Source: Bacteroidota bacterium
Lineage (GTDB): Bacteria; Bacteroidota; Bacteroidia; Chitinophagales; Chitinophagaceae
DNA length: 64,000 bases
Assembly: GCA_029555415.1 (NCBI GenBank)
Contig: JAKPSI010000067.1
Span: forward strand, 18,515-82,514
Direction of reading: 5' to 3'
Shown here: positions 38,242-47,134 of the stretch, in pieces
Layout of the letters: the number at the start of each line of letters is the position of its first letter
Numbering within the stretch: the first letter of the stretch is position 1
Position numbers and translations under genes: made by a program
Notes under the pieces: model-generated
Told to the model about the DNA's origin: nothing
Seen by the model: the letters and a program-made list of their open reading frames with translations, nothing else
Database searches by the model: none

Positions 38242-39075
38242 TTATTTATTCAGTTCTGCCAGTAATTTCTCGTTCAGTTTCACGTAGTCATCATTTTTCT
38301 GTTCCGCAGCCAGTTTTTTGGAAGCTTCAGCGGCTGCTTTGGCATCATCTTTCCTACCCAGTTTGGCGAGGCAATTCGCGCGCTGGTGCTGGATCCAGTA
38401 AGCGGAGGGCTGTGCTTCCACGGCTTTGTCGAACCAGGCAAGTGCCTGTTTCAGGTCTTTGCCATTATCCATATAGAACATCGCGGCATTGAAATAAGGG
38501 CGGTTGTCCTTATTCATCAGCTGATCGATCTGGGCCATCACTTTGCCTTCCACATCCGTACTGATGGGCAGGGCTACTGCGGTGCGGTCCCACATGATAT
38601 GCAGTTCACAGCTATTGGGTTTCACATTGGCGAACTGCATGGTGAAGGATTCCAGGGCGGTCTCCATGTCCATCGTTTTTACCTCTGTACGAACCACATC
38701 CTGTGCGGCATCATATGCGGCGGGACTTGTTACGTCCAGTTGTTTGGTAATGATCAGCGTCCAGCTTTTTTTGTCGGGGATCGAAAGCAGACCGTATTTA
38801 CCTGCCGGGATCTTCGTGCCGCCGATGGTCACATCGTCGCCGAAAGTGAGCGTGGTAGCACTGTTGGCACCGGTGCGCCATACTTTACCGAAAGGAACGA
38901 GGTCTCCGAAGATCTTACGTCCTTTCATGCCAGGACGTGAATAGGACAATTCAACGGAAGCGAGTCCGAAATCCTGTTTGATGGTCTGTGTCGGGCTCGG
39001 TGCGGGTGTTTTTAATTGTGCCTGGCCGGAAAATGCAAGGCCGATAAGGAATAATGCGATCGTTAGTTGTTTCAT
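38242..39075 (-). CDS. DUF2911-type secreted protein with C-terminal TPR-like helices
   Basis: Signal peptide, 'ELSYSRPGMKGRKIFGDLVPFGKVWRTGAN', then helical repeats. Confidence 0.5.
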   Translation of the reverse strand: MKQLTIALFLIGLAFSGQAQLKTPAPSPTQTIKQDFGLASVELSYSRPGMKGRKIFGDLVPFGKVWRTGANSATTLTFGDDVTIGGTKIPAGKYGLLSIPDKKSWTLIITKQLDVTSPAAYDAAQDVVRTEVKTMDMETALESFTMQFANVKPNSCELHIMWDRTAVALPISTDVEGKVMAQIDQLMNKDNRPYFNAAMFYMDNGKDLKQALAWFDKAVEAQPSAYWIQHQRANCLAKLGRKDDAKAAAEASKKLAAEQKNDDYVKLNEKLLAELNK

Positions 39076-39111
39076 TTTGGAGTGGTTTAGAAATGCGAAG
39101 ATAGAGGATAA

Positions 39112-39300
39112 ATAATAATGGAGAATTGATAATGGAGAATTGATAATGGAGAATGGATAATGGAGAATGGATAATGGGGGACAGTTGAAAGGTAACAGGT
39201 AAAAGGTGAGAGGTAAAAGGGGAAGAAGCTTCTGGGTAGCCTGATAGAATATACTTGCAGCTTGTAGCTAAAAGCTTGCAGCTACAAGTTAGAAGCTAAT
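39112..39300. repeat. Composite intergenic repeat: GGAGAATKG module + AGGTRAMAGG module + AGCT module
   Basis: aatggagaattgataatggagaattgataatggagaatggataatggagaatggataatgg .. ggtaacaggtaaaaggtgagaggtaaaagg .. gcagcttgtagctaaaagcttgcagctacaagttagaagctaa. Confidence 0.85.
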
Positions 39301-40728
39301 TTTTACTGTCGTCCGCCCGTTCTTCGTCTTGCGTTTCCATTTCGGGCCTTCTTTGATGAGGCGGATGGCTTCTTTGTCGCAGGAACTGCACAAAGATTTT
39401 TCGATACGGATGTCGGAGGGTTCGCCATTCTTATCCACTTCGAAGGAGACTTCCACTTCGCCGCCGGACTTCGCTTTTTGACTGCGGTACTCGTTGGGCA
39501 TCACGAGATTATTGGCGAGGTAAGTATCATAATTGTCCCAGCCATCGGAAGGCTCGGGCTCTGTGAGTTTGAGATTGTTGTTGCGGGCGTGCAGGTCAGT
39601 GTTCGGTTTAAGGCTGTAGAAGACAAATGAACCAATGGTCGTGTCTTCCCTTAATGTGATCTGATTACTCGGCAGATAATTGCGCAGCAGAACATTGCTG
39701 TTGTTGAAACCGACCGATCTGACCTGAACGTTCAGGATGGAATCGGGAGAGGTGAGATTGAAGAATCCGCGTGCGTCGGCATATGTGCCCACATTGTCCT
39801 CCACATTGGTGATATTGGCAAAGGGTAGTGGATTATTGTTTTTATCCAGCACCCGGCCACGGAAATTGTTGAAGTTGTAAGCGATGTTCTGTTGTTTTTT
39901 TACCTCCTGATTCAGCTGGAATGCCTTTGCATTAGCTGTTCTTGCTTGTTTGTCATCAGATGAAGTGGTGATGAATCCCTGTACATTATCAAGGTCCCGT
40001 TTACTTTGTATGCTTACTTCCGGTTTGTCTTTCCCAGGGGCTTTATATATTGCGGTCAGTTCTTTGTTGGGTGCAGGCGCAGAAACAGAATTGATCGTTA
40101 CGGGCTTCGCCTGCGCATAGCCATTGCCTGATGAGCTGATCTGAAAAGTGTCGGTAACACCTTTAAGTGGTGGAGATGAGATCGTGATTGACTTCGTATC
40201 CGCCTGTGTCTGTTTCTGTGTGTTCAGGTAGTTGTAATTATTATTGCCTTGCGGAATGGACTGGGGTTTCAGGGTATCAGTGAAAGTAACCGTGTTTCCG
40301 CCTTGCAGGGTTACTGAATCAGGTTTTGCCGGTGCTTTTTCTGCGGAGATCACAGGTGTTTCCTGTTTCACTTCATTCTTTGCCAGTTCAGTTTTGTTGC
40401 TTTTGAACAGGAATACATAAGCCGGCAGACCTGCACCCGCCAGAATAATGACAGCAGCTGCCACGCGCAGCCAGGGGAATCCGGTTTTGCCTGAACCCAG
40501 ATGCAGCACTTTGCCGCTCTCTACTCTTGCCTTCAGACGCTGCTGCAGATCCTGCATATCCGTTGCGCCAACACCTGCAGCCGCATAACCCTCCAACGCA
40601 TCCGCCAGGAAGGGGTCTTCCAGTGCGGCCTTCTCCATGGCATTCCTTTCCTTCGGAGAAAGGAGTCCCTGCTGATACCGTAGGATATCTTCGGGGGAGA
40701 ATTGGGGTATGTTGTTTGCGTCGGACAT
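39289..40728 (-). CDS. Anti-sigma-factor-like membrane protein with CarbopepD_reg-like and TonB-C-like C-terminal domains
   Basis: N-terminal cytoplasmic anti-sigma-like domain, one TM helix (LRVAAAVIILAGAGLPAYVFLF), low-complexity linker, 'GRVLDKNNNPLPFANITNVEDNVG' and C-terminal 'SGGEVEVSFEVDKNGEPSDIRI'. It lies directly downstream of the ECF sigma. Confidence 0.55.
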   Translation of the reverse strand: MSDANNIPQFSPEDILRYQQGLLSPKERNAMEKAALEDPFLADALEGYAAAGVGATDMQDLQQRLKARVESGKVLHLGSGKTGFPWLRVAAAVIILAGAGLPAYVFLFKSNKTELAKNEVKQETPVISAEKAPAKPDSVTLQGGNTVTFTDTLKPQSIPQGNNNYNYLNTQKQTQADTKSITISSPPLKGVTDTFQISSSGNGYAQAKPVTINSVSAPAPNKELTAIYKAPGKDKPEVSIQSKRDLDNVQGFITTSSDDKQARTANAKAFQLNQEVKKQQNIAYNFNNFRGRVLDKNNNPLPFANITNVEDNVGTYADARGFFNLTSPDSILNVQVRSVGFNNSNVLLRNYLPSNQITLREDTTIGSFVFYSLKPNTDLHARNNNLKLTEPEPSDGWDNYDTYLANNLVMPNEYRSQKAKSGGEVEVSFEVDKNGEPSDIRIEKSLCSSCDKEAIRLIKEGPKWKRKTKNGRTTVKISF

Positions 40729-40761
40729 TATATATGTAAAGTTCCTATTTTTTGATCAAAC

Positions 40762-40895
40762 TCTAAAAGCTGCAAGCTATTAGCTACAAGCTGCAAGGGT
40801 GTTCTAATTAGCCTCTGTTGTTTGTTGTATGTAAAATATTCCATGAACAACAGGTGCCATTATCCATTTTCCATTATCCTTTCTCCATTTTTTCT
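40762..40895. repeat. Composite intergenic repeat (AGCT module + GTGTTCTAA + ATTATCC module)
   Basis: aagctgcaagctattagctacaagctgcaagggtgttctaattagcc ... ccattatccattttccattatcctttctccatt. The last unit runs into the sigma-factor C-terminal codons. Confidence 0.85.
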
Positions 40896-41452
40896 TCCAT
40901 ACAATTCTTCAAATTCCTTCTTCCGTTCTGAATGAAACTCCTGATCTGGTTCCATTCCTGACCGGTTATTTCCACGATCTCGTTATAACATTTTCCTTCG
41001 AGATAGAAGAGCCGGATGGCTTGCTGCTGGTCGCCGGTAAGGGTGTCCAGACATTTTTCCATTTTCCTGAAGTTCTCTTCTTTCTCCAGTACTTCATTCA
41101 GATGCAGGTTTTCCCCGCTTTGCACAGCATCCGGGTTGAATTCCACTGTTTTCAGGTTCCGGGGGGTGCGGAGCTGCATGAGACAGTGATTCTTAGCCAG
41201 TTGGTGCAGCCAGGCCCGGAAATTATCTACCTCATGCTTCTGCAATTTTGTGACCAGTTCTTCAAAGATCTGCATCACACTGTCTTTGGCCCTTTCCGTT
41301 TCCTTATAATATTTCAGACATACCCCATATACCAGTTCCATGTAACGCTGGTATAATTCGCCGAGGACCGTGAGGTCGTGCGACTGCATATACAATGCTA
41401 CCAGTTCCTTATCCGAAAGGGCTGAAGGGGATATGTTCTTTAGAAAACTCAA
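40874..41452 (-). CDS. ECF-type sigma-70 family RNA polymerase sigma factor
   Basis: Region 2 ('ELYQRYMELVYGVCLKY..AKDSVMQIFEEL') and region 4 ('LFYLEGKCYNEIVEITGQEWNQIRSFIQNGRRNLK'). Confidence 0.8.
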   Translation of the reverse strand: MSFLKNISPSALSDKELVALYMQSHDLTVLGELYQRYMELVYGVCLKYYKETERAKDSVMQIFEELVTKLQKHEVDNFRAWLHQLAKNHCLMQLRTPRNLKTVEFNPDAVQSGENLHLNEVLEKEENFRKMEKCLDTLTGDQQQAIRLFYLEGKCYNEIVEITGQEWNQIRSFIQNGRRNLKNCMEEKMEKG

Positions 41453-41532
41453 CGAAATAAAAATAGCAAATTATTCCGAGCCCCTTGTGTATTGGCAAAA
41501 AGCACTGCATCTCCCGGAATAAATACTCCAAT

Positions 41533-43551
41533 ATGAAAAGAATATTCTACGTGCTGGCACCGGTGATGATCCTGCTGCTGGCTTTCCGCCAGGTGTATAC
41601 GTTCAGTATGTCCGGTAAGGTCACAGATGCCGGCGGTAATCCCATTGCCAATGTGAATATCCGTGAAAAAGGGACCCGCAATGGTACTGTTGCGGATATC
41701 AACGGGAATTTCAAGATGGTCGTTAAAGACAGTAATGCGATCCTGATCTTCAATGCAGCGGGTTATGAGTCGATGGAGATCAGTCTTTCCGGCAAATCAA
41801 ATGTGAATGCGGTCATGACATTGGATACGAAATCGGTATCTGAAGTGGTGGTAACTGCTATGGGTGTAAAAAGGGAAGAAGATGGCTACAGCGCGCTCGT
41901 GCCTGGCAACACATACAAACCCGCTGCACCACGCAGGGATCTCACCGGAGCGCTGAGCGGAAAAGTTTCAGGTGTGCAGGTCAATGGATACGCTACAAGT
42001 TACAATCAGAAAACGATCACGTTAAGAGGTATCAGTAGCTTCAACACGAATAAACAAGTGCAAAATCAGTATCAGGGATACATTAGCGATGAGTCCTATG
42101 ATAAGATCACGGAAAATACATTCCAGGAAGTAAGTGCGAATCCGCTCTCCACTTTTTCTATCGATGTAGATGCCGCCTCCTACAGCAATGTGCGCCGTTT
42201 CCTCAATCAGGGACAACTGCCACCCGCCGGCGCCGTGCGCATCGAAGAGATGATCAACTATTTCCATTATGAATATCCGCAGCCTATGGAAGGACAACCG
42301 TTCTCCATCAATACGGAGATCACGAACGCGCCCTGGAATAAGGACCACAAACTCGTGCTCATCGGATTACAGGGCAAAAAGATCCCGATGGAAAAACTGC
42401 CCCCTTCCAATATCGTTTTCCTGGTGGATGTTTCCGGTTCCATGGCCGAGCCCAATAAATTACCCCTCGTGAAATCATCGATGAAAATGCTGGTGGAACA
42501 GCTTCGGGAACAGGACAGGATCTCGATGGTGGTGTATGCCGGCAATGCGGGACTGGTGCTGCCTCCTACGAGTGGCGCGGAAAAAACGAAGATCAAAGAC
42601 GCGATCGACAGACTCGATGCCGGTGGCTCCACCGCTGGTGGCGCAGGCATTCAGCTGGCCTATAAAACAGCGAAAGAGAATTTCAAAAAAGAAGGGAATA
42701 ACCGGGTGATCCTTTGTACGGACGGTGATTTCAATGTGGGTGCCTCCAGTGATGCCGATATGGAACAACTGATCGAGAATGAAAGGAAGAGTGGTGTGTT
42801 CCTGACCGTGCTGGGATTCGGCATGGGTAATTATAAGGACAGCAAGATGCAGAAGCTGGCTGATAAAGGCAATGGTAACCATGCTTATATCGATGGTATC
42901 ACTGAAGCGAAGAAGGTTCTGGTGAATGAATTCGGCGGTACCCTGTTCACGATCGCCAAAGATGTGAAACTGCAGCTGGAATTCAATCCCGCCAAAGTGC
43001 AGGCCTACCGCCTCATCGGTTATGAGAACCGTATTCTGGCCAAAGAAGATTTCAATGACGATAAAAAAGATGCGGGCGAACTCGGCAGCGGCCATACCGT
43101 GACTGCCTTGTATGAAGTGATCCCGGTGGGCGTGAAATCATCCTTCGTGAAAAAAGTGGATCCGCTGAAATACCAGGAGAATCCGGTGGCGCTCAGTCCT
43201 TCATCCCATACCGATGAGATCCTGACCGTGAAATTCAGGTACAAAGCACCGGATGCGGATGTCAGCAAACTGATCGAACAGCCGGTACTGGATAAAGGGA
43301 TCGCGCTGACGAAGTCAAGTGAGAATCTGCAGTTCGCGGCCGCAGTGGCCGAATTCGGAATGCTTTTACGCAATTCTGAATTCAAACAGCATTCCACTTT
43401 CGGTGATGTCATTTTCATGGCACGCCGTTCAAAAGGAGAGGACAAAGACGGATACCGTTCTGAGTTCATTCGTTTGGCAGAAAGCGCGGAGTTGCTGGCG
43501 AAAGGAGGAACAGTTGAGGAAGATGAAGAAGAAACGGAAGGGGATAGATAA
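41533..43551 (+). CDS. YfbK-like von Willebrand factor A protein with N-terminal CarbopepD_reg-like domain (vWA + DUF3520-like tail)
   Basis: Start trimmed to MKRIFYVLAPVMILLLA (signal peptide). 'SGKVTDAGGNPIANVNI', MIDAS 'FLVDVSGSM', 'STAGGAG'. Confidence 0.7.
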   Translation: MKRIFYVLAPVMILLLAFRQVYTFSMSGKVTDAGGNPIANVNIREKGTRNGTVADINGNFKMVVKDSNAILIFNAAGYESMEISLSGKSNVNAVMTLDTKSVSEVVVTAMGVKREEDGYSALVPGNTYKPAAPRRDLTGALSGKVSGVQVNGYATSYNQKTITLRGISSFNTNKQVQNQYQGYISDESYDKITENTFQEVSANPLSTFSIDVDAASYSNVRRFLNQGQLPPAGAVRIEEMINYFHYEYPQPMEGQPFSINTEITNAPWNKDHKLVLIGLQGKKIPMEKLPPSNIVFLVDVSGSMAEPNKLPLVKSSMKMLVEQLREQDRISMVVYAGNAGLVLPPTSGAEKTKIKDAIDRLDAGGSTAGGAGIQLAYKTAKENFKKEGNNRVILCTDGDFNVGASSDADMEQLIENERKSGVFLTVLGFGMGNYKDSKMQKLADKGNGNHAYIDGITEAKKVLVNEFGGTLFTIAKDVKLQLEFNPAKVQAYRLIGYENRILAKEDFNDDKKDAGELGSGHTVTALYEVIPVGVKSSFVKKVDPLKYQENPVALSPSSHTDEILTVKFRYKAPDADVSKLIEQPVLDKGIALTKSSENLQFAAAVAEFGMLLRNSEFKQHSTFGDVIFMARRSKGEDKDGYRSEFIRLAESAELLAKGGTVEEDEEETEGDR

Positions 43552-43612
43552 TAAATGATAATGGATAGTGGATAATGGAGAGGTGATAGGTAAGAGGTGA
43601 GAGGTAATGGAA
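43545..43612. repeat. Composite repeat (GGATARTGG module + GGTRAGAGG module)
   Basis: gatagataataaatgataatggatagtggataatggagaggtgataggtaagaggtgagaggtaatgg. It overlaps the vWA stop codon. Confidence 0.8.
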
Positions 43613-43662
43613 AATTCCGGCCATCATGGGAGATCCGGGGTGGCCGGAATAAAACAAAGCTT

Positions 43663-44613
43663 ATGAGATATTTATACATTTTATTGGCAATTGGATTTTC
43701 TTTTGCGGCATCAGCGCAGCGTAAACAAGACAGACATGCCGATCCTGACACATCGGGGAAGCAGGTGATCCGGTTGCGGTGTCAGAGCTCAATAACAAAG
43801 GATCAGCCCCCTTTGTACATTCTGGATGGATTTCCGGTTAAACTCACTGATCTTTCAAAGCTGGATGTGAATTCAATTGAGAATATTCAAGTGATGAAAG
43901 ATGTAACGGCAAGTGTATTGTATGGCAGTGCTGCTGCAAACGGAGTAGTTATCATCAATACGAAATGCAAGCTGGAATTCATTTTTCAGGATGTTGAGGG
44001 CAAACAGATGGTAGGTAGTGCAACAGTAAAACTTTTTAGCACTGAACTGCGGGATACATTGATGTATGCAGCTGACAGTTCCGGTTTTCTTACAATAAAC
44101 AATGTGAAACGGGGCCGGGATTATGGTGTGCTTGTGAGTGCGGTTGGTTATGAAGACTGGAGGATGCCTTATACACCCAGAGGAGGTGTAGATGAGATCC
44201 ATGTTGCGATGACCCGGAATTATAAATACGGGCCGGATGTGGTGGTCAGTGCAATGGGATACTACAAATGTGGCCGGCGGGGAGTATGCTGTTTTGGAAG
44301 ATATGAAGCAGCTACAGTTAGCCAGGCGGATGTTGCAACAGAAAAGGCCGTTCTGACAAAGTGTTATCCCAACCCGCTTTCCCGGGGAAGTACACTCCAT
44401 GTTGAGTTTCGTACGAAGCAATCCGGCGCTTCAACCCTGCGTATGCTGAATGCGGGTGGCGCACTGGTCAGTTCCCAACAGGTATCACTGATAGAAGGAA
44501 CGAACAGGGTAGATATTCCAAACGATAGCCGTTTCGTGCCCGGTATATATTTCGTGATGCTGTATGATGCGCAGCAGCAGCCGGTGATCAAACAGAAAGT
44601 TGTTATTCAGTAA
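43663..44613 (+). CDS. T9SS C-terminal-sorting-domain protein with plug/CarbopepD_reg-like N-region
   Basis: Start trimmed to MRYLYILLAIGFSFAASAQ. 'LYILDGFPV..LDVNSIENIQVMKDVTASVLYGSAAANGVVII' is plug-like. The C-terminal tail 'GIYFVMLYDAQQQPVIKQKVVIQ' is typical of a type-A CTD. Confidence 0.55.
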   Translation: MRYLYILLAIGFSFAASAQRKQDRHADPDTSGKQVIRLRCQSSITKDQPPLYILDGFPVKLTDLSKLDVNSIENIQVMKDVTASVLYGSAAANGVVIINTKCKLEFIFQDVEGKQMVGSATVKLFSTELRDTLMYAADSSGFLTINNVKRGRDYGVLVSAVGYEDWRMPYTPRGGVDEIHVAMTRNYKYGPDVVVSAMGYYKCGRRGVCCFGRYEAATVSQADVATEKAVLTKCYPNPLSRGSTLHVEFRTKQSGASTLRMLNAGGALVSSQQVSLIEGTNRVDIPNDSRFVPGIYFVMLYDAQQQPVIKQKVVIQ

Positions 44614-45520
44614 TGTTCTTTTTCTGATACGCCGGATGGAATTGCTCCAGTGTTTTACGCAGGAATTCACGGTCGAGGTGCGTGTAGATCTCCGTAGTGG
44701 TGATGCTTTCATGCCCCAGCATTTCCTGTACCGCGCGCAGGTCCGCGCCGCCTTCCACCAGGTGGGTGGCGAAGGAATGCCGGAAGGTGTGCGGGGAAAC
44801 GGTCTTGGTCACACCCGCTTTTAATGCCAGTTCTTTAATGATCAGGAAGATCATGACGCGGGATAATCTCCTGCCGCGTTTATTCAGGAACAGGATATCT
44901 TCTTCACCTTGTTGGGCCAGCACCTGATTGCGTTGTGTGTTCTTGTAGAGCTTGATGAATTTGATGGCTTCGCGGCCGATAGGGACGAGTCGTTCCTTAT
45001 CGCCCTTACCCAGGACACGGACGAAACCCACATCCAGATAGAGCTGGGAGATCTTCAGGTTCACCACTTCACTTACACGCAATCCACAGCTGTACATCGT
45101 TTCCAGGATCGCTTTGTTGCGGCCGCCTTCCGGTCTGCTCAGATCGATGGCCGCGATGATCGATTCGATCTCTTCCAGACTCATCACATCCGGCAATGCG
45201 CGTTTTACTTTAGGCGCTTCCAGTAATAAGGTTGGGTCGGTATTGCTGACATGTTCAGTGATGCAGTATTTATAGAAGGCACGGATGCCGGAAATGATGC
45301 GGGCCTGTGAACTGGCCGTCATGCCCAGTCCCCCGATCCATTCAAGAAAACCCTGGAGGTCTTTCAGCGTGATGTCTTCCGGTCCTTTCAGGTCGCCCTT
45401 CTCCTGCAGGTAAGTCGTGAGTTTCTCCACATCATGGGCATAGGCATCCGTGGAATGTCCGGAGAGTGACTTTTCCAGTTTGAGATACAGTTCAAATCCT
45501 TTTTTGTAAGGCTCCCACAT
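44603..45520 (-). CDS. xerD: Tyrosine site-specific recombinase XerD/XerC-type
   Basis: 'HTFRHSFATHLVEGGADLRAVQEMLGHESITTTEIYTHL' carries the R..H..R..Y catalytic set. 305 aa. Its 3' end overlaps the T9SS gene by 11 bp. Confidence 0.75.
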   Translation of the reverse strand: MWEPYKKGFELYLKLEKSLSGHSTDAYAHDVEKLTTYLQEKGDLKGPEDITLKDLQGFLEWIGGLGMTASSQARIISGIRAFYKYCITEHVSNTDPTLLLEAPKVKRALPDVMSLEEIESIIAAIDLSRPEGGRNKAILETMYSCGLRVSEVVNLKISQLYLDVGFVRVLGKGDKERLVPIGREAIKFIKLYKNTQRNQVLAQQGEEDILFLNKRGRRLSRVMIFLIIKELALKAGVTKTVSPHTFRHSFATHLVEGGADLRAVQEMLGHESITTTEIYTHLDREFLRKTLEQFHPAYQKKNITE

Positions 45521-45534
45521 ATGCCTGTCTTAAA

Positions 45535-45562
45535 AAGAGAGGCCGGGAAATTCCCGGCCGTT
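45535..45562 (-). terminator. Hairpin terminator for lipoprotein gene (minus strand)
   Basis: gccgggaaattcccggc palindrome followed, on the minus strand, by ctctcttttt. Confidence 0.5.
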
Positions 45563-45566
45563 TCCT

Positions 45567-46223
45567 TTATTTCAGTTCGATCGTTTTTTCGAGCTCCTTC
45601 CAGGCCTTGTCGATCTTGACCCTGGCCCAGATCTTTTGAGGGGTGATGTGTACGCTGTCGATGTACTCATGCATCGCATCGTAATCGATATCGAGTTTCT
45701 GTCCGAAGGTCATCATGGCCTTTTTACCTGTCATGAGGTCTTCCACATAGAGATTACCACGGTCGGTATTCACGACCAGGCTGGAATCGATGGAGAATTT
45801 CGGGTCGAAATTATTGATACCGCTGGTCTTGATGCTGAAGTTCTGATTCTTGTCATAAGGCAGTTTCAGCTGAAAACCGCGTCCCGTAGAGCAGTCGTTG
45901 AACAGCAACCAGGCAAACGAAGTATCATTGATCACGCAGCGGATATAATCCTTATTCAGGTTCACGGTGGCACCGAACAGGTAGGTAAAACCGGTTTTGC
46001 GGTTCACTCCCATACCGGAATAGCTCCATTCGAGCGTATCAGGCAAACAGTTCTTCGCGCTGATATTTACATATGGATGCAGTTTGGAATTGCTGGTGAA
46101 TTTGATGGAATCCTTCAGGCAGGTCGTATCACAGAAGGTTTTTGGGGCTTCTTCACTTTTGCAGGAACCAGCTCCGGCGGCCATCAGGGCAGCGAATGCC
46201 AGTGCGATCAGGGTTTGTTTCAT
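45567..46223 (-). CDS. Hypothetical lipoprotein
   Basis: Lipobox GAGSC. 218 aa, Cys-rich N-region. Confidence 0.5.
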   Translation of the reverse strand: MKQTLIALAFAALMAAGAGSCKSEEAPKTFCDTTCLKDSIKFTSNSKLHPYVNISAKNCLPDTLEWSYSGMGVNRKTGFTYLFGATVNLNKDYIRCVINDTSFAWLLFNDCSTGRGFQLKLPYDKNQNFSIKTSGINNFDPKFSIDSSLVVNTDRGNLYVEDLMTGKKAMMTFGQKLDIDYDAMHEYIDSVHITPQKIWARVKIDKAWKELEKTIELK

Positions 46224-46328
46224 TTGAGGGGTTTGAGTGGAACAAAATTAGCCATGGGAGGCAGGCTCAGGAAATTTATTTTGGACTGACCGCTGAATGA
46301 GATCAAATAGTATCTTCGGCCACCTGAT

Positions 46329-46832
46329 ATGAAAGTAAATCTCCGTTCGTTCAAGCAAAAGGTTCGTCACAACCGCAGTATCTTCCGTCGTTTCATGACC
46401 AAGCTCGAGAAGAACCCGCCGAAGGGTCTCGACCAGCTGACCACCGTCGTGGAAAAAGAAGTATGGAAAGAAGTGGACTGTCTGACCTGCGCCAATTGCT
46501 GCAAGACCATGACGCCGACCTATACCCCGGCCGATCTCAAACGTATTTCAAAGCATCTCGGCATGACCGTGGATGAGTTCAAGAAGAAATGGCTGTACAA
46601 GGAAAGGGGCAGTGGCGACTGGATGAACAAAAGCACTCCTTGCCAGTTCCTCAACCTGAAGGATAATAAATGCAGTATCTATCTGCAGCGTCCGGTCGAC
46701 TGTTCCGGATTCCCGCACCTCCCCAAAAAGAAAATGGTGGACTGGATGCATATCCACAAACAGAATGTGGAGTATTGCCCGGCGACCTACAAGATGGTGG
46801 AGAAGATCAAAGCGCGGATGGAAGCCGAATAA
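46329..46832 (+). CDS. YkgJ-family (UPF0153) Cys-cluster protein
   Basis: 'CLTCANCCKTMTP' CxxCxxCC motif and downstream 'CQFL..C..Y..RP..C'. Confidence 0.7.
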   Translation: MKVNLRSFKQKVRHNRSIFRRFMTKLEKNPPKGLDQLTTVVEKEVWKEVDCLTCANCCKTMTPTYTPADLKRISKHLGMTVDEFKKKWLYKERGSGDWMNKSTPCQFLNLKDNKCSIYLQRPVDCSGFPHLPKKKMVDWMHIHKQNVEYCPATYKMVEKIKARMEAE

Positions 46833-46836
46833 GGAC

Positions 46837-47134
46837 GGGAAATTTTGAATTTTGAGTTTTGAATTGGGACCAGAAACGGATTCAAAATTTAAAATTAAAA
46901 ATTCAACGAAGAGTCGTTAAAGCAGATTGCGAACTGCAATAGGCTTTGCGTAAAGGCTTTAAATCCCATTCATTTTTCCGAGAACGGATATCAGTAGAAA
47001 CTCATTGTGTCCAACGCCACACATGGCTTTAGTACAGCTTCGATTGAAAAGAGTCTTGTATTAATTTTGAATTTTTAATTCTGAATATCTTTCTCTTCAA
47101 TTCAAAACTCAAAATTCAGAATTCAAAATTTCCC
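46837..47134. repeat. MITE-like palindromic element with ~32-bp terminal inverted repeats and nested inner inverted repeats
   Basis: Left TIR gggaaattttgaattttgagttttgaattg. Right TIR caattcaaaactcaaaattcagaattcaaaatttccc. Inner IRs are at 46881-46906 and 47061-47086. It fills the whole gap between the ykgJ and yraN stop codons. Confidence 0.6.

Noticed and set aside
44603-45520. xerD as marker of an integrated mobile element
   Set aside because: Domain order and catalytic residues fit housekeeping Xer-type recombinases. There is no adjacent tRNA or att-like direct repeats, and no phage, transposon or other cargo genes.
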